Shown here in pieces: positions 26,381 to 32,000 of a DNA stretch of 32,000 nucleotides. The notes under the pieces were generated by a model, which was given only the letters and a program-made list of their open reading frames with translations, was not told where the DNA came from and searched no databases. Position numbers and translations under genes: made by a program. The DNA comes from Geobacter metallireducens GS-15. Lineage in GTDB: Bacteria > Desulfobacterota > Desulfuromonadia > Geobacterales > Geobacteraceae. The stretch is from NCBI RefSeq assembly GCF_000012925.1, contig NC_007517.1:3270001-3302000 (forward strand), given 5' to 3'. Position 1 is the first letter of the stretch, and every line of letters begins with the position of its first letter.

Positions 26381-27047
26381 ATGAAAAGGGTATTTCTTGC
26401 GATTACATTGGTCTGGCTCGTCATCTCCATGTCCGGCTGCGGCGATGACCACAGCACTCCGCCTCCCACCTTTGTTTCCCAAATCCCCAGCAACCCAGTC
26501 TTTGACGGCGATATCGAACAGACTGCTCCCAATACGTTTGCGATCACCCAGGGGATGACCGCGGGCGTGCAAAGCGTCTTTGCCGGCATTGATCCCGTGG
26601 CACTCACGGAATTCAGGGCATTTCTCGACTTCCCCCTAGGGGGCACCAATGGCGTCCCGGCCAACGCCGTTATCGATTCGGCATTTCTCGATATAGTCAT
26701 TAACAGCATCCAGCCGACCACCGGCACCATACCGATCCGGATCGAGCTCGTATCGTTCCAGCCGCCCACATTGCTCACAACCGACTTCGACCGGACGATT
26801 CAACCGCCTCTTGCCTTCACCACCATCGCGCCGCCGATTTCACTGGCCGACGTTGGCAGGCATGTATCGATTGACGTGACGCAACTCATGGTGGAAGCAC
26901 AACGGCTGGGGCTACCCCACTTCCAGGTGAGGATTCTGGAGGATTCTGGAGGATCTGGGACCCGTCACCCCCGGCCTCATCGAGATTTCCGATCCCATCT
27001 CAAACCGGGGAATCCTGGCGCCGCTGCTGCAAGTAACCTATTTCTGA
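26381..27047 (+). pseudogene. Lipoprotein gene (DNRLRE-like/unknown function) frameshifted by a 10-bp tandem duplication
   Basis: A GGAGGGA RBS precedes ATG 26381, giving MKRVFLAITLVWLVISMSGC (lipobox). After the duplicated GGATTCTGGA (26931-26950) the annotated frame runs antisense into the next gene. Removing one copy gives ...RILEDLGPVTPGLIEISDPISNRGILAPLLQVTYF with a stop at 27045-27047. Confidence 0.7.
26931..26950. repeat. Exact 10-nt tandem duplication GGATTCTGGA x2
   Basis: Read directly. The next 10 nt (GGATCTGGGA) are a diverged third copy. Confidence 0.95.
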
Positions 27048-27064
27048 TTGTTCAGGAACAGAAA

Positions 27065-28660
27065 CTACAGCTTGCTCACGATGAACTCGGGAAAGAGGGT
27101 CGGCGACGTGGCAACGCTCGATATCCGCAGCGACTTGAGCCGGTCGTAGTAGCGATAGACATGACCGAGGGTGACGTTCCCCGGCTCGCTGTACTTGCGT
27201 TTTGCCGCCGCCAGCCCCGCCCTTCGGCCGAAGACGAAGATGTCCAGGAGCGAATTCCCCATGGCGCGATTCCGGCCATGGATTCCCCCTGCGGCCTCCC
27301 CCGCCGTGAAGAGATTTCTCACCGTGGTCTCCCCCTTTTCGTCGATGAGAATCCCGCCGTTCTGGTAGTGGAGGGTGGGATAGGTGAGGAGAGGCCGCTT
27401 GGAGATGTCGATCTTCACCCGCATAAAATGCCGGTACATGGAGGGGAAGCGCCTCTTGAGGAATCCCTTTCCCTGGGTCTCTTCGATGAGAGGGGTGTCG
27501 AGCCAGACTCCCACCTTGCCGGCTGGGGTCCTGACGCCGTTTCCCTCCTCACATTCCCGGATGATGGCGGCTGAGCAGGCATCGCGGGTCTCCAGCTCGT
27601 TGATGAACCGCTCCCCCTTCCCATTCACCAACTGGCCGCCAAGACTCCGGGCCGCCTCGGTCACCAGGACTCCCACCATGTGGTCAGGGAACATGACACC
27701 GGTCGGATGATACTGGAACGAGTCGATCCCCTCCAGCCTGGCCCCGGCACGGTAGGCGAGGACGATGGCGTCCCCGGTGGCGCCGAAGTTGTTGGAGGAG
27801 GGGAACCCCTGGAAGTGGAGCCGCCCCGAACCGCCGGTCGCCAGGACCACCGCCCGCGCCCGCACCGTGAAATGCCGCTTCCTCCCCAGGTCGAAGAGCA
27901 CGGCGCCGTTGCACTCGCCGAACCCGTTGGTGGTAAGCTCCACCGCCGGGGCGAATTCCATGACTTCGATACCCTCACCTTTCCGGATCTCGTCCTTCAG
28001 CACCTTCATGATGTTCAGTCCGGTATAGTCGCCGATGGAGATGATCCGCGGGGCAGTGATCCCCCCCGCCTTGCGGGTGGCGAGGTTCCCCTCTTCGTCC
28101 CGGTCGAAATCGACGCCGAGTTCCAGGAGCCACTTGACGATGGCCGGCCCGTCCTCCACCATGGTCTTCACCAGCTCCCTCTTCCCGGCGAATTTCCCCG
28201 CCCCCATGGTGTCGGCAAAATGTCTGACGGGTGAATCGTCTTCGTGGACCGACGCCTGCATCCCGCCAAGGGCCATGATGGTATTGGAGTTACCGACCCG
28301 CAGCTTCGTGGCCAGGATGACCCGCGCCCCCATGCTCTCGGCGAAAAGAGCCGCCGTCACCCCCGCTCCTCCCCCGCCGAGAACCAGCACATCGGTGTCG
28401 AATTCGGGTTCGAGGCTGATCTTCGAGTGGTCCAGGTTGCTGAATGCCTCCAGAAGGTCAGCGATCTCATGGGTCGTGCGGTCGCCCCGGTTGGCGCCGA
28501 TCCTCAGGTTCCGGAATCCCGCCTCCCGGTAGTCCGGGTGGTACCGCCTGAGGAGCCCTTCCATCTCCGCACTGGTGAGCCTTAGCAGCTCCTCCCCTTT
28601 CCGCTTTTCCCGGGTGGCGTCGACAATGGCTATGGAATCGCACAATGAATCCGGATACAT
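27065..28660 (-). CDS. FAD-dependent oxidoreductase, fumarate reductase/succinate dehydrogenase/aspartate oxidase flavoprotein family
   Basis: 531 aa. It has the dinucleotide fold DVLVLGGGGAGVTAAL and the family motifs HPTG and NLFTAGEAAGGIHGRNR. It also carries a ~90-aa N-terminal extension. Confidence 0.8.
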   Translation of the reverse strand: MYPDSLCDSIAIVDATREKRKGEELLRLTSAEMEGLLRRYHPDYREAGFRNLRIGANRGDRTTHEIADLLEAFSNLDHSKISLEPEFDTDVLVLGGGGAGVTAALFAESMGARVILATKLRVGNSNTIMALGGMQASVHEDDSPVRHFADTMGAGKFAGKRELVKTMVEDGPAIVKWLLELGVDFDRDEEGNLATRKAGGITAPRIISIGDYTGLNIMKVLKDEIRKGEGIEVMEFAPAVELTTNGFGECNGAVLFDLGRKRHFTVRARAVVLATGGSGRLHFQGFPSSNNFGATGDAIVLAYRAGARLEGIDSFQYHPTGVMFPDHMVGVLVTEAARSLGGQLVNGKGERFINELETRDACSAAIIRECEEGNGVRTPAGKVGVWLDTPLIEETQGKGFLKRRFPSMYRHFMRVKIDISKRPLLTYPTLHYQNGGILIDEKGETTVRNLFTAGEAAGGIHGRNRAMGNSLLDIFVFGRRAGLAAAKRKYSEPGNVTLGHVYRYYDRLKSLRISSVATSPTLFPEFIVSKL

Positions 28661-28661
28661 G

Positions 28662-29336
28662 CTAGGGGCCCTCCATGGCCGCGCAGTAGGCCTTCAGCTC
28701 ATCATCCCCCATGGCGACGATCCGACTCCATTCCGCCTCGAAGACAAACGATTCCATCTGAGTCAGCCTCTTGGCAAGATTAGGGGGAAACGGCCGCTCT
28801 CTGGCCAGGGCCCGCTGGATATAGAGGGCCACATACTGGGGAGCGATGCTCTTGGGGCAGCGGGAGGCACAAAGACCGCACATTATGCAGTCAGTCACCC
28901 GGGATGCCGCGGCCTCGTAATCCCCGTCCTTGGCGAACTTCATCACCCCGGCGACGTTGATCCACTCCGGGCAGACGTTGCAAGCACCGCAGTCGTTGCA
29001 GGTGTAAAGCTCGGGATAGTGTGTCCCCAGTTCCTCCAGGGGATGGGCCATGGCCTCCATGGCATAGCGGGCAGCCCGGGACGGGAAACAGGGCATCATA
29101 ATGACATTCAACCCTTCCTCCGCCACCTTCTGGCAGCCGAGGCCAAACTTAACCTTCGTACTCTCCCTCTCGATGAAGGCCACCGTGCAGGCGCCGCACA
29201 GGCCCGAGAGACAGCCGATCCCCCGCTTCACGTCATACCCCGTGTCCCAGAGGGCCTCGATCACTGTCAACCCCTCCGGGATCCTGATCTTCCGACCCTC
29301 AAGCTCCACGATGATGAACATTGCCGAATTTTTCAT
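28662..29336 (-). CDS. Iron-sulfur subunit (2Fe-2S-like N-terminal domain plus two CX2CX2CX3CP 4Fe-4S motifs)
   Basis: ORF 28662..29453. The likely start is MKNSAMFIIVELEG (ATG 29336). Motifs are CLSGLCGAC, CNDCGACNVCP and CIMCGLCASRCP. Its stop is 1 nt from the flavoprotein gene's start. Confidence 0.75.
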   Translation of the reverse strand: MKNSAMFIIVELEGRKIRIPEGLTVIEALWDTGYDVKRGIGCLSGLCGACTVAFIERESTKVKFGLGCQKVAEEGLNVIMMPCFPSRAARYAMEAMAHPLEELGTHYPELYTCNDCGACNVCPEWINVAGVMKFAKDGDYEAAASRVTDCIMCGLCASRCPKSIAPQYVALYIQRALARERPFPPNLAKRLTQMESFVFEAEWSRIVAMGDDELKAYCAAMEGP

Positions 29337-29420
29337 GGGATACCCCGTCAGATAGTTCCTGCATTGAGTATAGGGCGGGTTGAAGGCGATGCAAGCGCCA
29401 GGGAGGGAGAGAAAAGCAGA

Positions 29421-29445
29421 GGGGGGTGACCCTGGATCACCCCCC
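29421..29445 (-). terminator. Terminator-like hairpin after the small-protein operon
   Basis: On the minus strand: GGGGGGTGA-tccaggg-TCACCCCCC followed by TCTGCTTTTCTC. Confidence 0.55.
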
Positions 29446-29478
29446 TCGTTCACGATACCCGGATTGTTGTGCTGCCGA

Positions 29479-29712
29479 TCAGTGGGTTGCCTTCTGCTCC
29501 TGGGGCAACTCCTTCTTGAGCCCCTTGGCCATTCCCAGCATCATGAGCACTGCCGGCACGAGTTGCAGGACCACGATCAGGGCACAGAACCCGAGGAAAA
29601 TCCAGACGAAGATGCCGCTGTTGTCTTCCCGTGCGCCCGAGGCTGCAAAGACAGACGAGACGGAGCCAAAAAGGAGTACCAGGGCGTTGATGATGGGGGC
29701 CGAGCTTTTCAT
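29479..29712 (-). CDS. Small membrane protein (77 aa), paralogue of 30212..30427
   Basis: It has an AGGAGG RBS. An N-terminal signal-like helix ends in VFA-ASGA, and a second TM helix follows. It shares the FAASGA...SG.F...F.G..ALI.V.Q..P.....G..KGL pattern with its paralogue. Confidence 0.65.
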   Translation of the reverse strand: MKSSAPIINALVLLFGSVSSVFAASGAREDNSGIFVWIFLGFCALIVVLQLVPAVLMMLGMAKGLKKELPQEQKATH

Positions 29713-29760
29713 GACATCCTCCTTTTCCTTAGTTCTGCGAACATCGTGGGCGGTTGCCGT

Positions 29761-30153
29761 CTATCGCGCCGCATGGCCTTTCATGCCGTTGCCAAAGGCG
29801 CACCGAACTGCCTGGCAGATCTCCTCCACATCTTCAGGCCCCGACGGTTTGAGAGCGTGATAGAAGATTCCGCTGCTGCGAACCTTGCGCAGGAGCGGCA
29901 GGGGGAGTTCATCGGACACCAGGATGATGGCCAGCTTTTGGTTGCACTTTTTCATGAGGTCAATCAGGTCGAAGGTGGGGAGTTCATCGAATTTCGCCCC
30001 CAGCAGGACGACCCGCGTCACCTTTTTCAGGATATTGGAAAGTGTGTTGGGAAGGGAGTCGGTGACCGTGACCGAATACCCTTCCTTTATGAAGTGTTCC
30101 GCCATCTGCTGGCGGGTGGCCGGATCCTTTTCGGCGATGAGCAGTTCTTCCAT
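29761..30153 (-). CDS. Stand-alone receiver-like (pseudo-receiver) domain protein
   Basis: ORF 29761..30231. The likely start is MEELLIAEKD (ATG 30153, GGGGGA RBS). It has the CheY-like layout, but EKD replaces the acidic DD pair and VVLLGAKF has Gly where the phospho-acceptor Asp is expected. The conserved Lys is retained in ALKP. Confidence 0.6.
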   Translation of the reverse strand: MEELLIAEKDPATRQQMAEHFIKEGYSVTVTDSLPNTLSNILKKVTRVVLLGAKFDELPTFDLIDLMKKCNQKLAIILVSDELPLPLLRKVRSSGIFYHALKPSGPEDVEEICQAVRCAFGNGMKGHAAR

Positions 30154-30211
30154 GACGGTTCCCCCTTTCCGCACAGGGATGCGGGATTGCGGCCAGCAGC
30201 CTTTCTGCCGG

Positions 30212-30427
30212 TCAGTTGCGGGATTCGGCATCCTTGCCAGAGAAGAGCCCCTTGAGCATCGAGCCGAACAGCGTCAGGCCGGGCAGCATTTGACCGACGA
30301 TTATCAGCGCGCCGATGCCGATGAAGAGGATCAGAAAAAGGCCGCTTCCTTCGGACTCCGCTCCGCTGGCGGCGAATGCTGATGAGGCGGCAATCAGGGT
30401 AATCATGGTGGCGAGCGTTGTTTTCAT
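30212..30427 (-). CDS. Small membrane protein (71 aa), paralogue of 29479..29712
   Basis: It has a GGGAGGA RBS. The sequence is MKTTLATMITLIAASSAFA-ASGAESEGSG, then the TM helix LFLILFIGIGALIIVGQMLPGL. Confidence 0.65.
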   Translation of the reverse strand: MKTTLATMITLIAASSAFAASGAESEGSGLFLILFIGIGALIIVGQMLPGLTLFGSMLKGLFSGKDAESRN

Positions 30428-30483
30428 GGCATCCTCCCGGTTCTGCGGATGAGATGAATTCGCTGGGTCTTGACTTTTTCTAT

Positions 30484-30499
30484 AGCAGCCGCCATGCCA
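30484..30499 (-). promoter_or_regulatory. Candidate sigma-54 promoter for the small-protein/pseudo-receiver operon
   Basis: The minus strand reads TGGCATGGCGGCTGCT. The GG and GC elements are at consensus spacing. It lies ~60 nt upstream of ATG 30427. Confidence 0.35.
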
Positions 30500-30965
30500 G
30501 AACAGAAAACAGCGAGAACTATTCTCTTAACAACTTGAGATTATAGGTATTTTTACATTTTGCGACTGATCGGGATGTGCCATGAAGGGAGGGAAACGTA
30601 TAGAAAGTATGTACAATTTCTAACCCGTTATGTCGGTTACCGACGATGGTTATCCCGCACAACTTGTTGATATCTATAGCTTTGCGCATCAACAGGATGG
30701 GTGTATAAAAAGATTGGCTCCCTTGTATCCCTGCATGTGACTCTAAGGTCTTGACGTCCCCATGCCTCTGAGGGTATCGTTGCTCTCCGCCTTGTCGGCA
30801 GAAGCGGCATCACTCTTCAAGGATTACGCCTTGTTGCCGCAGGGACTCAAACTCGCGAAACGAAACTCTGGATATTTTCCCCGATCCATGTAAAATGAGC
30901 ATCCTCTCATTGCCAACAGTATCGCCGGCACGATGAGATAAACCACACCATAAGGAGATCATTCC

Positions 30966-31886
30966 GTGTCATTTCGCACGAATTTCATGAATGGCGTGAA
31001 ACTCTCCCTGATCCTCGCCGGCCTCGCGGCCGTCAGCTCCCCGGCATTTGCCCTTGAGCAGCCTGCGGACAAGGGGACTGGATACCTGGCGGTCGAAGCA
31101 CGCGAAACGGCCCCGGAAAGCCGGGAGTTGGTTCAAATCTTTTCCCCGGCCATCAATCATCGCGAGGCGAAGGTGACTGCGGGAAAGGATGGAACACGGC
31201 TCCTCACCCTCACCACCGACTCCATCCTCAACGGAAGGGCGGTCCGCAAGTTCAACCAGAAACTTATTGAGAAAGGGATCAATGTCTACGGCGCCGCCTA
31301 TTACGGTGACTTCTCTTGGGACAGGACCGTCATCGACGCGGCCATCACCATGACCCGCCCGGTTGCGGGGGTGCCTGACACCATCGAGATTTCCGAGGGA
31401 ATCGCCCGGGATCCGAAAACCAACCTCCCCCTCATGCCCTTGACCGTTTCCATCTATGATCTCTCCATTCCGCTGAAGGAGGACTTCGGCAAGGCATGGA
31501 AGCGGGTCGAGATCATTCCCGCGGTGGAGCCCGCGGCTCCCGAACTGAAGACCGGCCGCTATCCCGGCTCCAGGGTGTGGCTCGTGCGCCAGAACGACGG
31601 GGAACGTCGCCATGTGATCTATGCCGTGAAAGGGGATCTGCACGCCGTGGAGCAGTTCTTCGACGCGAAGCTCAAGGAGATCCACCGGACCGTCATCGTG
31701 GCCGGTGACGCCGACAGCGCCCCTTCGCCGGCCGAGGTGTTCGGCGTCAAGACATCGGCCCAGGTCATCGTCCTCTCCGGGTACAGCTACATCGACAAAA
31801 AACTTGTCAATTCCGACGTAACCCTGCGCCACGCCAACGATCCGAACCTGTTCCCCTACGTGGAAATCGAGGTGGCGGAGAACTGA
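30966..31886 (+). CDS. Secreted hypothetical protein
   Basis: 306 aa. An AAGGAGA RBS lies 7 nt before GTG 30966. The signal peptide is ...LILAGLAAVSSPAFA-LEQ. Amino-acid composition is balanced, unlike the mirror ORF on the minus strand. Confidence 0.7.
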   Translation: MSFRTNFMNGVKLSLILAGLAAVSSPAFALEQPADKGTGYLAVEARETAPESRELVQIFSPAINHREAKVTAGKDGTRLLTLTTDSILNGRAVRKFNQKLIEKGINVYGAAYYGDFSWDRTVIDAAITMTRPVAGVPDTIEISEGIARDPKTNLPLMPLTVSIYDLSIPLKEDFGKAWKRVEIIPAVEPAAPELKTGRYPGSRVWLVRQNDGERRHVIYAVKGDLHAVEQFFDAKLKEIHRTVIVAGDADSAPSPAEVFGVKTSAQVIVLSGYSYIDKKLVNSDVTLRHANDPNLFPYVEIEVAEN

Positions 31887-31907
31887 TCCGCCACCCATTC
31901 ATTCCCT

Positions 31908-32000
31908 TCACCAGCTCCACGATGCGGGGTCCTGCCGGTAGTAGAGGCCCAGGACCTCGTACAGCTCCGGATGCTGCCGCCGCATTTCCCCGGGCATCTC
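31908..32000 (-). CDS. Partial CDS (C-terminal 30 codons of an unidentified protein; the gene starts beyond the window)
   Basis: My own translation from the window edge gives EMPGEMRRQHPELYEVLGLYYRQDPASWSW, with a stop at 31908-31910. It is convergent with the preceding gene. Confidence 0.35.
   Translation of the reverse strand, partial: EMPGEMRRQHPELYEVLGLYYRQDPASWSW

Noticed and set aside
26351-27574. The 407-aa plus-strand ORF taken as a genuine protein.
   Set aside because: Only the first ~190 codons look like a real lipoprotein. The rest is read-through caused by the 10-bp duplication, and it runs antisense through the flavoprotein gene.
26070-30965. A genomic island integrated at tRNA-Thr.
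   Set aside because: No integrase or recombinase is present. I found no downstream direct repeat of the tRNA 3' end; the only shared string is the 7-nt TGGCTCC at ~30714. The downstream genes look like ordinary GC-rich chromosome.
30428-30965. A riboswitch or sRNA in the comparatively AT-rich 540-bp divergent intergenic region.
   Set aside because: I saw only short hairpins and weak promoter-like hexamers (TTGACG-18-TATCGT on plus; a lone TATAAT on minus). There are no conserved cores that I can name. The one motif I kept from this region is the sigma-54-like candidate, listed as a low-confidence feature.

Overview
GC-rich Geobacter-type chromosomal segment. I recognise it from memory, without a database search. 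The evidence is a triheme PpcA homologue (mature N-terminus ADELTFKAKNGDVKFPHKKH, Phe6/Trp45) and the gene order purH-purD-purE-ppcA-resB-ccsA, two multihaem cytochromes, NHL protein, omcE. Together these point to Geobacter metallireducens or a very close relative. Almost everything from 1 to 22.7 kb is on the minus strand. Contents from left to right: (1) A glycan/glycosylation operon: flippase fragment, EPS-type MarR regulator, GT4, GT2 polyprenyl-phosphate sugar synthase, TPR-bearing GT-C membrane transferase and a second GT2. It is led by a large predicted outer-membrane beta-barrel. (2) An OmcE (nanowire cytochrome) cluster with an NHL lipoprotein, an octahaem and a 9+2-haem cytochrome, System II cytochrome c biogenesis genes (ccsA/resB) and ppcA. 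(3) purE-purD-purH, an ASKHA/DUF4445 protein, a selenocysteine-containing selD that the ORF track splits at its in-frame UGA, and alr. (4) On the plus strand, a TPP riboswitch, fused thiE-thiD, thiC, tRNA-Thr(CGU) and a lipoprotein gene frameshifted by a 10-bp tandem duplication. (5) A flavoprotein/Fe-S oxidoreductase pair, then two paralogous small membrane proteins flanking a pseudo-receiver domain, a secreted hypothetical protein and a partial CDS. No rRNA, CRISPR, transposase or integrase was seen. The most unusual signal is a polar heptad array, (GGGGACC)n-GGGAA, that has no stop codon in any frame. It occurs five times. Two inverted copies bracket a four-helix-bundle (23S rRNA IVS-protein/Avd-like) gene wedged between two glycosyltransferase genes. 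One copy sits in frame inside the ASKHA gene, and one supplies the last codons of thiED. A second unexplained object is a ~180-nt element made of nested helices, located where a thiC leader riboswitch would be expected. Small-motif coordinates were counted by hand and may be off by 1-2 nt.
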